Source: an uncultured Candidatus Bathyarchaeia archaeon (GTDB taxonomy: Archaea > Thermoproteota > Bathyarchaeia > 40CM-2-53-6). From it: a stretch of DNA of 53,873 bases. This document shows positions 1 to 9,513 of this stretch, piece by piece. The DNA lies in NCBI GenBank assembly GCA_964394935.1, contig CAYMZN010000005.1, positions 1 through 53,873 on the forward strand. The letters run 5' to 3'. The stretch's first letter is position 1, and each line of letters begins with the position of its first letter. A program made the translations under genes and the position numbers. A model generated the notes under the pieces. That model saw only the letters and a program-made list of their open reading frames with translations, searched no databases and was not told where the DNA came from.

Positions 1-2
1 GA

Positions 3-941
3 AAGACACTGTTCATGTTGTTCTATAACAGGTCGCTTCGAACTAGAAATTCCTTTGAGGCAGGGATCTATCAGCTAGGGGGCCACGCGCATTTCATGAG
101 CCCGCAAGACGTCTACGCACCGTCGCTCCCGGAGGACATGGTAGCCTACCAGACCGAGGCCATCTCGGATGTGGGCAGAGTGCTAAGCAGGTATGGGGAG
201 GCCATCGCGATCAGAATCTTTGGCGACGCCTCAAAGTGGGTCATAGGAAGAGGGCACAGACTCATCCAAGAATTCGCCAGACATGCGACGGTACCGGTTC
301 TCAACATGGAAGATGACATGTATCACCCGTTCCAAGCACTGGCCGACGCTCAGGCAATGAGGCAGGCATTTCCGAAATTGAGAGGAAAGAAACTCGTCGT
401 ATCATACGCCTATTCAGCCACTCTCAAACCGCTGGCTGTTGCACAAAGTGAAGTTCTGATCGGAACACAGATGGGAATGGATGTTGTTCTGGCACATCCA
501 AACGGATTCGAACTTGAAGACGACGTACTCGAAGCAGCAAAAGCAAACGCAGACAGATACGACGGAAAACTCAGCATCTTGAACAGCATGAAGGATGCTT
601 TCGAAGGCGCAGACATTGTCTATCCAAAAGCATGGTTGCCAAAGAATTTCTTCCCTCCTCACAACGTTTCCGTGGACGACACGGGCGCGACAGCATATCA
701 GGACAAGTTCAAGGAGTGGATCTGCACGCAGGAATTGATGGATATGACGAACAAGGCCAAGTACATGCATTGTGGGCCTGCAGATCGGAGCCGAGAGGTC
801 ACAGACGATGTCGTCGACAACAAGGACTATTCATTGTACTTCGAACAGGCCGAGAACCGACTCCATGTCCAGAAAGCCGTAATGGCTTTGGTCATGGGAG
901 ATCGGGCCCCTCGCCGGGGCAGAAGACGCGGCTGCCGCTAA
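3..941 (+). CDS. Aspartate/ornithine carbamoyltransferase-superfamily protein (OTC/AOTC/YgeW-like), 5'-partial
   Basis: Carbamoyl-phosphate motif SLRT, HPFQALAD and HCGPADR (variant of HCLP), plus C-terminal QAENRLHVQKA. The frame is open to the window edge (KTLFMLFYN...). Confidence 0.85.
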   Translation, partial: KTLFMLFYNRSLRTRNSFEAGIYQLGGHAHFMSPQDVYAPSLPEDMVAYQTEAISDVGRVLSRYGEAIAIRIFGDASKWVIGRGHRLIQEFARHATVPVLNMEDDMYHPFQALADAQAMRQAFPKLRGKKLVVSYAYSATLKPLAVAQSEVLIGTQMGMDVVLAHPNGFELEDDVLEAAKANADRYDGKLSILNSMKDAFEGADIVYPKAWLPKNFFPPHNVSVDDTGATAYQDKFKEWICTQELMDMTNKAKYMHCGPADRSREVTDDVVDNKDYSLYFEQAENRLHVQKAVMALVMGDRAPRRGRRRGCR

Positions 942-953
942 ACTAGTCCTTTT

Positions 954-2438
954 CTATGCTATCACGCGCTTCGAGAGTTCCGGCGGCAGCTTCCTTTTTA
1001 GGAACTCCCCTTCTCCTTGCTTGCCTTGGAATTTTCCGTTCTCCCAAATGATCTTGCCCTTGGAGATTGTCACTACCGGCCAGCCCTTGACTCTCATTCC
1101 TTCGAAAGGATACCAATCCATCTCGTACAGCGATTCCTCGGGAGTTATCGTCTTTTCCAGCTTGGGATCAAGGATCACGAGGTCGGCGTCGCTGCCTAGG
1201 GCTATTGCGCCCTTCTTCGGGTAGAGTCCGACGATCTTGGCGATGTTAGTGCTCGTGATCTCTGAAAGTCTATTCACGCTGATACGGCCTTTGCCTACTC
1301 CCTCAGAGAACAGGACGGGCAATCTGAACTCGTGGCCTGGCAATCCGTTGGGAACTTTGTCGAAACAGTCCTTGCCGATCTTCTTCATATCAGTCGTGAA
1401 CGCCTCGTGATCCGAGGACACGGCTGATAGTGTGCCATCGGCGAGGCCAGCCCAGAGGGCCTCTTGGTCTTCCTTTGTTCTGAGAGGTGGAGTACAGATG
1501 AAGTTTATCCCGTTCGGACCTCTCAGATCATCCATCGTATTGATCAGATAATGAGTGCAGGTTTCTGCGTATACCGGCTGCCCCCGTCTTCTGGCTTCTC
1601 GGAACATGTCGACACCTTGCCGCATGGAAAGGTGCAAGTTGTAGTACGGTGCACGGAGGTAGTTCGCCATGAATAGGGCCCTATGCACAGCTTCAGCTTC
1701 AGTAATCGGTGGCCTCGTGAGTGCGTGGTATATTGCCTCCCTGTGTCCCTCCCTGAGAGCCTCGTCCACTAGAAATTCGATCATAGCGGCGTTCTCAGCG
1801 TGAAGGACGACCAATCCTCCATGAGACGTCGCTTCCATAAACACCTTGAAAAGAACGCCATCATCCACCATCAATCCTTCCTTTCTGTACACCATGAAGA
1901 GCTTGAATGAGGGCAGTCCGTAGTCTATGAGCTGCTTCAGTTGAGCGACAGCTTCGGGCGTCAAGTCTGTTATGACTGTATGGAGCGAATAGTCAATCGC
2001 GACCTTTCCATCGGCCTGCGCCCTACGATCGTGAACAGCTTTCAGCGGCAAGTCTCCTTTCTGTTGTGTCGCGAAGTCTATTATTGTGGTCGTGCCGCCT
2101 GATGACGTGGCCTTCGTAGCTGTGAAGAAATCATCCTTCGTACTTGCTCCCATGAACTGTGTGTTTATGTGCACGTGAGGGTCTATACAGCCGGAAAGAA
2201 CAAAGCTTCCTTTCGCATCCACGACCTTGTCAGCTTTCGGCAGAGTTGCGCTTGAACCCAGCGCAACTATCTTTCCCTCATCGATCGCAATGTCCGCTTC
2301 AATTACGGTGTGCGAGAACACGACTTTGCCGTTAGTCACAAGAAGGTCTGGCACAGCAGAATCACACGGCACGCGTTCCCGATGCATCTCATTTAAGCGT
2401 TTTCTAGGTGAAGTCGGAAAAAATGACTCACGTGACAT
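954..2438 (-). CDS. hydA: Dihydropyrimidinase / D-hydantoinase (cyclic amidohydrolase)
   Basis: IDPHVH, GGTTT, SFKLFM (carbamylated Lys), LHAEN, ETCTHYL, SSDH, GSDADLVILDP. The true start is probably downstream (ATG 2387 or GTG 2354). Confidence 0.85.
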   Translation of the reverse strand: MSRESFFPTSPRKRLNEMHRERVPCDSAVPDLLVTNGKVVFSHTVIEADIAIDEGKIVALGSSATLPKADKVVDAKGSFVLSGCIDPHVHINTQFMGASTKDDFFTATKATSSGGTTTIIDFATQQKGDLPLKAVHDRRAQADGKVAIDYSLHTVITDLTPEAVAQLKQLIDYGLPSFKLFMVYRKEGLMVDDGVLFKVFMEATSHGGLVVLHAENAAMIEFLVDEALREGHREAIYHALTRPPITEAEAVHRALFMANYLRAPYYNLHLSMRQGVDMFREARRRGQPVYAETCTHYLINTMDDLRGPNGINFICTPPLRTKEDQEALWAGLADGTLSAVSSDHEAFTTDMKKIGKDCFDKVPNGLPGHEFRLPVLFSEGVGKGRISVNRLSEITSTNIAKIVGLYPKKGAIALGSDADLVILDPKLEKTITPEESLYEMDWYPFEGMRVKGWPVVTISKGKIIWENGKFQGKQGEGEFLKRKLPPELSKRVIA

Positions 2439-2485
2439 CGCGGAATTCTGTCAACTATATTTGCTGCCGAGGATCAGATTTGCAA

Positions 2486-2738
2486 GTCATTGATGACCAA
2501 ACAATTGGGCTCCTGATCTTCGTGGTGACACGTTGCGACCATGGCTGGGGTTGGAGCCATATGGCCGTTCGGGACCCTCACCCCTCAGGAAATGATTTCC
2601 CAAGTTGACTTGAACGCCATGGGTCTGTATTTTGGCACAATGATCATCATCGGAGCCTTGAGTGAAGCGCATTTCCTTCAATGGGTCGGAATATCTATAA
2701 CAAGGAGCGAGGCAGAGGAGTCTCTTCGTCGCTCGTGA
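2486..2738 (+). pseudogene. N-terminal remnant of an ArsB/NhaD (SLC13-like) transporter
   Basis: Two frames give IDDQTIGLLIFVVT and ...GTLTPQEMISQVDLNAMGLYFGTMIIIGALSEAHFLQWVG, typical of ArsB/NhaD N-termini. The sequence stops after about 80 aa. Confidence 0.55.
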
Positions 2739-2755
2739 CACAGCTCTCTCTGCAT

Positions 2756-3451
2756 TCACCTGATGCTCGGGGGCCGGGAATAAAGTCCGAGCTTGCTTGG
2801 TGCCAGTTGCATCGACAATAGGGCCTCAGCGAGCGTTATCCCGGCCTTAACCGGGTCGATCACCGGCACGCCGAGCTCTTTCTGGAGCTTCAAATCAAAT
2901 CCTGTTAGACCGGCGCATCCGAGGATTATTGTCTCGGCGCCGTCCTCAACCGTCTTCTTGCCGACCTCGAAGAGTCTTCTGGCAATTGATTCCTCCGCGC
3001 CTTCAAGGTGGGTGGTGGGAATGTCTACCGGCCTTATCGAGGCCAGTCTGTCCTTGAATCCGTACTTCTGGACCAAGTTATGCATCATGGAGATCGACTT
3101 GACGACCGCGACTAAGATGGAGAATTTCTGGCCTAGGAGCGTGGCTATCGCCATTGACGCCTCAGCTATGCCCACGACTGGGACATCCAGTATCTCCTTC
3201 AGGGCGTACAAACCGGGGTCCCCGTAGCAGGCAAGAACGACAGCGTCCACTCCTTCCCGCATGTCTTGGACGATGTTAAGGGTCTCCACGATGGCGATGC
3301 TTTCCTCATAGTAGGATCCAAGGAACTCTGGTCCCTTTTCCGGGGAAGCAACGATCGCCTCCGTCTGAGGGCCCTTTACCATCTCGACTGTTTTTCTTAT
3401 ATCGTCCGTCATCTTCTCGGATGTATTCGGATTTATTACCAGGATCTTCAT
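2756..3451 (-). CDS. Hydantoin/allantoin racemase (Asp/Glu racemase family)
   Basis: MKILVINPNT, catalytic ACYGDPG and LGCAG, PVIDPV. It overlaps the upstream amidohydrolase by 4 bp. Confidence 0.9.
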   Translation of the reverse strand: MKILVINPNTSEKMTDDIRKTVEMVKGPQTEAIVASPEKGPEFLGSYYEESIAIVETLNIVQDMREGVDAVVLACYGDPGLYALKEILDVPVVGIAEASMAIATLLGQKFSILVAVVKSISMMHNLVQKYGFKDRLASIRPVDIPTTHLEGAEESIARRLFEVGKKTVEDGAETIILGCAGLTGFDLKLQKELGVPVIDPVKAGITLAEALLSMQLAPSKLGLYSRPPSIR

Positions 3452-4809
3452 GCCGCCCCCTCCAAGTGACGGGGTAAGAATCTGCCGAATCCCGTTTTTC
3501 CGTGAATCTCTCCTTTCATCATGATGACGTGGCCTCTGACCATCGTCATCTCTACTGAACCCTTGACATTGAACCCTTCAAACGGAGTCCAGTCGGATCT
3601 TTGATGTAGCTTCTCAGATCTTATCTGCCATTCTTTGTCGACATCGACAGCTACAAGATCAGCGTCGGCGCCGATTCTTATCGTGCCCTTGTTTGGGGGA
3701 AGACCGAACCTCTTAGCAGGATTCTCGCTCATGACCCTAGATACGTCAGCAAAGCTCAGTCTTCCCTTGTTGAATCCTTCACTGATGAGCACTGGGAGCA
3801 TTGTCTCTACACCCGGCAGTCCCGACTGTACCTCCCATATGTCGCTCCAACCCTTCTCCCTATGCTCCTCGAATGTAGGATAGTGGTCGCTCGCAACCAT
3901 GTCGACGGTTCCATCTTTCAATCCTAGCCACAGGGCCTCTCTGTCCTCTGGATTCCTTGCCGGAGGACTCATCTTCAAATAGGGTCCTAGTCTCTGCGCA
4001 TCGTTCTTCGTGTAGACCAAGTAGTGTGGGCAGGTCTCTGCTGATATGTCAATTCCGCTTTTCTTTCCCGCTCGGACAACTTCCGTCCCCCAAGCTGTAC
4101 TCATGTGCACTATGTGGACTCTGGATTTGCTTCGCTTCGCAAGGGTGGATAATCTTGAAATGGCCTCTTCTTCTGCCACGTTCGGCCGTGATTCATGAAA
4201 GGCCAGCGGGTCCTTCCTGCCCTGATTCCTAAGCTTCTTCGTCTCATTGTCGACAATAGCTTCGTTTTCTGAATGAACCATCAGTATCCCTCTGCGTCCG
4301 AGCATCTGCATGAGCGAGAGCAACACGAAATCGTCGGCCAAGTAAGGCGCGCATGTAAAAGCCTTGAAAGAGGGTATCCCCGTGGAGACTAAGCTATCAA
4401 TCTCTTTGAGATCCTCAAGACTCCTCACATTGCCGCAATGGAGCCCAAAATCGATGTAACTCTTCTTCTCCCCCTCCTTTACTTTGAATTCCATTCTTTC
4501 CTTGGTCAGGCAAGCAGTCCACGTGGGCATCTCAACTATTGACGTAAGCCCACCCATGGCTGCAGCCAAGGTCCCGCAGTCAAAATCGTCTCGATTTCCC
4601 ATGAACTCGGGGTCGAATAAGTGAGGATGGACGTCAATACCACCGGGCATTACTATTCTTCCCTTCAGATGTATCGTCTTGTCTGCTGCAGGAAGATGCG
4701 CCTCCTTCGAGATGCCAACGATCTTTCCATCGTCGACGGCCAAACCTGCCTCCACTAACTGACCATTGATCAACAACTTGCAGTCCGATAGCACAGTATC
4801 TACGACCAA
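3448..4809 (-). CDS. Allantoinase/dihydroorotase-like cyclic amidohydrolase
   Basis: IDVHPH, EMP, SFKAF, VHSEN, IVHMS, ETCPHYL, ASDH, GADADLV. Confidence 0.85.
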   Translation of the reverse strand: MVVDTVLSDCKLLINGQLVEAGLAVDDGKIVGISKEAHLPAADKTIHLKGRIVMPGGIDVHPHLFDPEFMGNRDDFDCGTLAAAMGGLTSIVEMPTWTACLTKERMEFKVKEGEKKSYIDFGLHCGNVRSLEDLKEIDSLVSTGIPSFKAFTCAPYLADDFVLLSLMQMLGRRGILMVHSENEAIVDNETKKLRNQGRKDPLAFHESRPNVAEEEAISRLSTLAKRSKSRVHIVHMSTAWGTEVVRAGKKSGIDISAETCPHYLVYTKNDAQRLGPYLKMSPPARNPEDREALWLGLKDGTVDMVASDHYPTFEEHREKGWSDIWEVQSGLPGVETMLPVLISEGFNKGRLSFADVSRVMSENPAKRFGLPPNKGTIRIGADADLVAVDVDKEWQIRSEKLHQRSDWTPFEGFNVKGSVEMTMVRGHVIMMKGEIHGKTGFGRFLPRHLEGAA

Positions 4810-4850
4810 AAAACGTCCTCTCTGTGCACAGAATCATCGGCCATCTTGAA

Positions 4851-4858
4851 CATATAAG
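4851..4858 (-). promoter_or_regulatory. Probable TATA box for the amidohydrolase-racemase pair
   Basis: CTTATATG on the minus strand about 45 nt upstream of the 4809 start, with a GAGG Shine-Dalgarno-like stretch in between. Confidence 0.45.
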
Positions 4859-4965
4859 GTATGCCAGCACGTAATCGTAGCGGAACCACCGATACTGGTT
4901 ACCAGCTGGAACAGTGGAAGCCTCGATCGACTTAGGTAGACTGTTGCCGAACTCCTACAGTCACT

Positions 4966-5607
4966 TTATGATCTAGAGGATTGTGACAAGGTCTCCGGAC
5001 TACAGAGCCTTGGGAAGCTGCGGATTATTCTCCTACCGAGCTCACCAGAGCTTTCTGGGTGAAACTGAACGCCATAGACATTCTTGTCCCTATGCTTCAT
5101 AGCTTCGACATCGTAGCTTCCAGATCTCGCTAGGAGTATGAATTGGTCTGGTAAGGTGATCCCCTCGCAGTGATCTTCATCCATGTAGAACGTCCTCTCA
5201 AGGCCCTCGAGTAGTCTGTTTCTTTGAACGACATAGATCGTTTCAGGCGTCCTGCGTCCCGGTCCTCTGAACACATTCACGCCATAGACGAGCCCGATCA
5301 CCTGATGCCCAAAACATATTCCCAAAAAAACATATTCCCAGACGGGGCAGCTGACGTTCCGGATGAAGCTAAGCAACTCCACATATGTGTCGTGATTAAT
5401 CTCCATTAGTAGTGTGGGAGAACCAGATATTATGATGGCCGCATAGCTTTTCAGGCCGACATCCTTGAGTTCGTTCATCCGTACTACTCGCGGTTCGAAC
5501 CCCTCTTGGAAGACAGCTCTCTCGATTGAGCTTACCTTCTTACTGCCGCAATCAACAACTAGTATTGCACGCAAAGCAGTGCTTTGTCTCGTAGCCCTCA
5601 CACTCAC
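4966..5607 (-). CDS. Class I glutamine amidotransferase (GMP synthase subunit A-like)
   Basis: VVDCGS, ISGSP, nucleophile LGICFGHQ, GVQFHPES. It carries a 5-aa insertion from a local duplication. Confidence 0.8.
   Translation of the reverse strand: MSVRATRQSTALRAILVVDCGSKKVSSIERAVFQEGFEPRVVRMNELKDVGLKSYAAIIISGSPTLLMEINHDTYVELLSFIRNVSCPVWEYVFLGICFGHQVIGLVYGVNVFRGPGRRTPETIYVVQRNRLLEGLERTFYMDEDHCEGITLPDQFILLARSGSYDVEAMKHRDKNVYGVQFHPESSGELGRRIIRSFPRLCSPETLSQSSRS
5311..5340. repeat. 14-bp direct duplication (AAAACATATTCCCA x2, 16-nt period) inside the GATase gene
   Basis: Copies at 5311-5324 and 5327-5340 share an A7 run. Confidence 0.9.
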
Positions 5608-5662
5608 TCTATCGTTTCTTGAAGTCGCAAGTATTGTGAGGGTGTGCTTCTCCTAATGCTGG

Positions 5663-6661
5663 CTAACTGGATCGTGGCCCGAGAAGGCCTATGATCTCTT
5701 TCGTGTTTGATAATGTCATCACTATCGGCAAGTCAATTCCAACCTCGCGGTAGGCCTGCAATTTCTTTTTGCATTCACAGGGGGCGCAAGCGATGTTGAT
5801 GCTTTGAACAACGGCGTCTTCTATGAACTTTCCTGCGTCTTGTGGACCTTTGTCAGCGAAAGCTGATCTTACTGCTCGAATTGCTTCGTCACTCATTCCG
5901 CTGTCTCTGGCGATGTGAGGCTGCTGGGCGAGATACTGCGCCAGGACGGGTTTAAGCACGCCACAGGCCTTGGAAACATCTTCGTCTACGCTCACATAGA
6001 TAAGCGCCGAAACATCCACGGAAGCCGGGTTTCTTCCCACATGTTCGGCTCCCTCACGCGCTAGCTCGACAGCCCGGGCGAGGTATCTGAGAGGAGTGAA
6101 ACAATTCAGAATGACGCCGTCAGCTATCTCACCACAGAGCCTGATCATCTGTGGTCCAGAGGCTGCAACATAGATAGGAACGTCCTCCTGGAGGGGCATC
6201 ACTTCAAGCCTGCAATCCTTGACTCTCACGACCTCGCCTTCAAAGCTTACAGTCTCCCCTTGTAGAAGTCTTCTGATCACTGTCACGTATTCTCTGATAG
6301 CCGTCAAGGGCTTGGTCCATGAGAGCCCCTGTCTTTCGAGGAACAAGCTGGCGCCCGGCCCTATCCCAAGTATGATTCTTCCTTCGGAGAGCCGGTCAAG
6401 TGTGGCGTAACTCTGAGCGATCAATGGTGCTGTCCGCGTGTAGATTGGGATGATGCCGCTGGACAACTTAATGCTCTTTGTTGCCGCTGCAAGTGCGCCG
6501 AGGACGGATATGGCGTCGGTAAACTGTCGAGTCTCTGTTATCCATATCGACTCATAGCCAAGGCGCTCGGCCAGCAAGGAGTACCTGACTAGCTCGGCCA
6601 GCGGGTATTGAAGACCTGAAAAGCCGAGTGTAATTCTTCCGGAGGATCTTCCCAAGGACAA
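5663..6661 (-). CDS. LLM-class flavin/F420-dependent oxidoreductase (Mer-like)
   Basis: AERLGYESIWITE, TKSIKLSSGI, LDRLSEGRIILGIGPG, PIYVAASGPQMIRLCGEIADGV. Confidence 0.85.
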   Translation of the reverse strand: MSLGRSSGRITLGFSGLQYPLAELVRYSLLAERLGYESIWITETRQFTDAISVLGALAAATKSIKLSSGIIPIYTRTAPLIAQSYATLDRLSEGRIILGIGPGASLFLERQGLSWTKPLTAIREYVTVIRRLLQGETVSFEGEVVRVKDCRLEVMPLQEDVPIYVAASGPQMIRLCGEIADGVILNCFTPLRYLARAVELAREGAEHVGRNPASVDVSALIYVSVDEDVSKACGVLKPVLAQYLAQQPHIARDSGMSDEAIRAVRSAFADKGPQDAGKFIEDAVVQSINIACAPCECKKKLQAYREVGIDLPIVMTLSNTKEIIGLLGPRSS

Positions 6662-6701
6662 CCGTGCTGGGCTGATGTCGAAACTATTTATGACTAACGG
6701 C

Positions 6702-7847
6702 CTAACTCATCTCACCGAGAAGACTACTAATCGCAGCAAGCAACTTCTCGTTGTGTGCTCTTGTCCCCACACTGATCCTCAGATAGTTGAGCGTCCAATC
6801 CGTGGGCGGACCTCGGACGGCAATCCCCCTCATCATCAGTTCTCTGAGAAGGGACTCCGCTTTGACTTCCAAGGGTGAAGGAGTGGCGAAGACAAAGTTC
6901 CCTTGGGGTTCAGGGGTGACCACGAAGCCCAACCTTTGCAATTGTTCACACAGAAATCTTCGACCCTCATGGACGGTGGCCAAAGTCTTGGCAAAGTGCT
7001 CACGGTCGCGCAGAGCGGCAATTGCTGCTTCTTGAGCGAGTTCGCCGTTGTTCCATTTCGGTCGGATCTTGAAGAGTATGTCAATCGCCTCCGGCGGACC
7101 GATCGCGTAGCCGACTCTCATGTCGGAGAGACCATAGACTTTGGAGAAGGTCCGTGTAACAAGGAGATTGTCGAACTCCTCAAGCAGCTTTACAGCCGAG
7201 ACATCCGGGTAGCCTTCAGCAAATTCAACATACGCCTCATCACAGACAACAACACTCTCCTTGGCGTATTCACAGATTCTACGGACTTCGTCCGGCGGGA
7301 CGAGACGGCTTGTAGGGTTGTTAGGTCGAGTGACAAAGATAATTCGTGTTTTGTCACTGCAGCGTTGCCTTATTGCGGAGGAGGTAAGATCAAAGAGCGG
7401 CTCGTCAAGCGGAATTGGCGTAGCAATTCGTCCGTCAACGGTTGCTGTATCGCGATAAAGTGAGAAACTGGGGTCACCGAAGGCAACCTCATCCGATGGG
7501 TTAGAGAATGCTCTTATTATGAATGAGAAGATCTCACTTGAGCCTGCGGCGACCAATATGTTGTCGGGCGTTAAGCCATTCCCTAGAACGCTTGCTATTG
7601 CCTCTCGCAGACGCTGGCACTTCGAGCTTGGGTACAGGAAAACTCGTGTAGCAGCCTCTCGAATAGCCTCTATCACTCTCGGCGAGGGGCCGAGTGGATT
7701 TTCGTTTGACGATAGCTTGACAGTATTCTCAGGCGAGACGTGTGCCGACCGAATGACTTCTTCAATTGTCGGCCCTGGTATGTAAGGTTGGAACTGCAAG
7801 ATCGCAGGATTAACGTTTCTGGTGAAGACCGATTTCTCAGACGGCAT
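6702..7847 (-). CDS. hisC: Histidinol-phosphate aminotransferase family (class II PLP)
   Basis: KLSSNENPLGPS, PNNPT, DEAYVEF, RTFSKVYGLS.MRVGY, YLRISVG. Start taken at ATG 7847. Confidence 0.8.
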   Translation of the reverse strand: MPSEKSVFTRNVNPAILQFQPYIPGPTIEEVIRSAHVSPENTVKLSSNENPLGPSPRVIEAIREAATRVFLYPSSKCQRLREAIASVLGNGLTPDNILVAAGSSEIFSFIIRAFSNPSDEVAFGDPSFSLYRDTATVDGRIATPIPLDEPLFDLTSSAIRQRCSDKTRIIFVTRPNNPTSRLVPPDEVRRICEYAKESVVVCDEAYVEFAEGYPDVSAVKLLEEFDNLLVTRTFSKVYGLSDMRVGYAIGPPEAIDILFKIRPKWNNGELAQEAAIAALRDREHFAKTLATVHEGRRFLCEQLQRLGFVVTPEPQGNFVFATPSPLEVKAESLLRELMMRGIAVRGPPTDWTLNYLRISVGTRAHNEKLLAAISSLLGEMS

Positions 7848-8048
7848 ACACTCACTTCCCGTATGCTTAAGTTCAGTGCAGTAGTGCCAAGTGGTCCTTA
7901 TTATACTGGGGCAACCTTTCGAGCTGGGAAAACCCAACAGCACCCGTTTTCCTAGTGAGGTAGGTCTACCAAACGTTTGCGGGCGCATCCACATCTAACC
8001 CTTAAAGGAGTCTCACACATACTAGGAGCAGGCTCGCCACAAGAACGG

Positions 8049-8310
8049 CTACTCGATCAAACCGCGGTTGAGGAGGCGCCTGTGTCCCCAAATGGCAAAG
8101 TCCGCGGGAGGGTGGACTATTTCGGCGTCCGGCTTTCGTTGAAGTCTTGCAACATTGTTGGGACACCCCGTAACACACAGTCCGCAGCCTATTCATCGTT
8201 TCCGATCCCCGACGCTCACGCCGTCCTTGTTGGAGATCGCGTGCACTTGGCATCGTTCTACGCGTGTTCCATATCCTAGGCATTCATCAGGATCAACGAG
8301 AAGCTTCCAA
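8049..8310 (-). pseudogene. Decayed 2x[4Fe-4S] ferredoxin-domain protein (C-terminal part)
   Basis: Reads VDPDECLGYGTRVERCQ...DRKR*IGCGLCVTGCPNNVARLQRKPDAEIVHPPADF. The first motif has lost two Cys (Y, R). TGA at 8193-8195 replaces the first Cys of the second motif. Confidence 0.75.
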
Positions 8311-8506
8311 TCGAAAGCTAGCGAGAGAACGCTCCTGATCATCAGGTCCAGCCGGGATATGAAATACTGAATGCATGGAAGATTGTCGGATCGCCAGAGC
8401 ATAGCAATCAAGCGCCCGAAGGTATTTTGACGTTTTTGCACGTCCACATGAGCGGAACATTGAAGACTCGAACCAATGCTAGCTCCTGAGAAATGCATCT
8501 TTCTAG

Positions 8507-9508
8507 ATGGGGAATTCTGTGTCGCATAACGCTCGAGTGGACATTCCCTCCGTTTCTAGGGTCTTCTGTGTATCCCACAGGGACGACCCCGATGGGCTGG
8601 TAAGCGCAGCGCTTGTCCGTTCTGCTACCCGTTGTCACTTCGCTCTCACAGGATACGAAGATATAGAGGAGGTTCTCGCCAATACGCCGCGTAGTCTAGA
8701 TTGGCTTGTAGTTGCAGATCTCGGGCTCGACGAGAGGCGTGAAGTGATTGGGCGTCTTCCGGATACCGCGAGACACATTCTATATGTAGATCATCACCTG
8801 CTTTCTGTCGAAGGGAAGCGGTCGCTTCGAAAGGCCAAAGTGATCGTCCGTCATTCTCTGAAAGATTGCGCAAGCGTGCTAGTTTGGGATTTGCTGAGAA
8901 ATCAGTTGCCTCAAGAAGCGGTCAATCTAGCCGCGTACGGTGCTGTGACTGATCCGCCGGTATCCGGACGTCTCACCCGCGAGGTACTACTGAAAACCAA
9001 CCGGGACCTCGTTGCGTATGAGGGTCACCTTCTTGCACTCGCACTCTCCACCGACAAGTGCACGACTAGTCTCCTTGAAGAGATCGTGAGCAAACTCGCG
9101 ACCCTTCAGCTGCCTCACCGGATGAGCGCGGTGCGTCGACTTGCTGACGAGCAAGCCGCAAGGATGGTCGAGATGCGGAAGCAGCTCTCTGATAGAGCGC
9201 AAGTGAGGAAACGAGTAGCGATCGCTAAGGCACGCCGACTGGCGCTTGGAACGAGTGCAGAACTGCTGTTGAGTGTTCCAAATGTGGTTGCAAGCGTCGC
9301 CTACGACACTGCTGGATCGCCCTCGCGCACGCGAATTTCAGTTCGAGGCACCGATGAATGCGGCCGACACCTCGGGAAGCTGATGATCAAGATTACCCGC
9401 GGGGTTGGCGGCACAGGCGGCGGGCACATGCTTGCCGCGGGTGGGATAGTTCCGAGCTCACGACTGCAGGAGTTCCTAGGCCTATTCGTCAGAGAAGTAG
9501 GACGATAG
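8507..9508 (+). CDS. DHH/DHHA1 family phosphoesterase (RecJ/NrnA-like)
   Basis: SHRDDPDG, VADLG, YVDHH, CAS, AVTD and C-terminal GGGHMLAAGG. Confidence 0.85.
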   Translation: MGNSVSHNARVDIPSVSRVFCVSHRDDPDGLVSAALVRSATRCHFALTGYEDIEEVLANTPRSLDWLVVADLGLDERREVIGRLPDTARHILYVDHHLLSVEGKRSLRKAKVIVRHSLKDCASVLVWDLLRNQLPQEAVNLAAYGAVTDPPVSGRLTREVLLKTNRDLVAYEGHLLALALSTDKCTTSLLEEIVSKLATLQLPHRMSAVRRLADEQAARMVEMRKQLSDRAQVRKRVAIAKARRLALGTSAELLLSVPNVVASVAYDTAGSPSRTRISVRGTDECGRHLGKLMIKITRGVGGTGGGHMLAAGGIVPSSRLQEFLGLFVREVGR

Positions 9509-9513
9509 CCACG

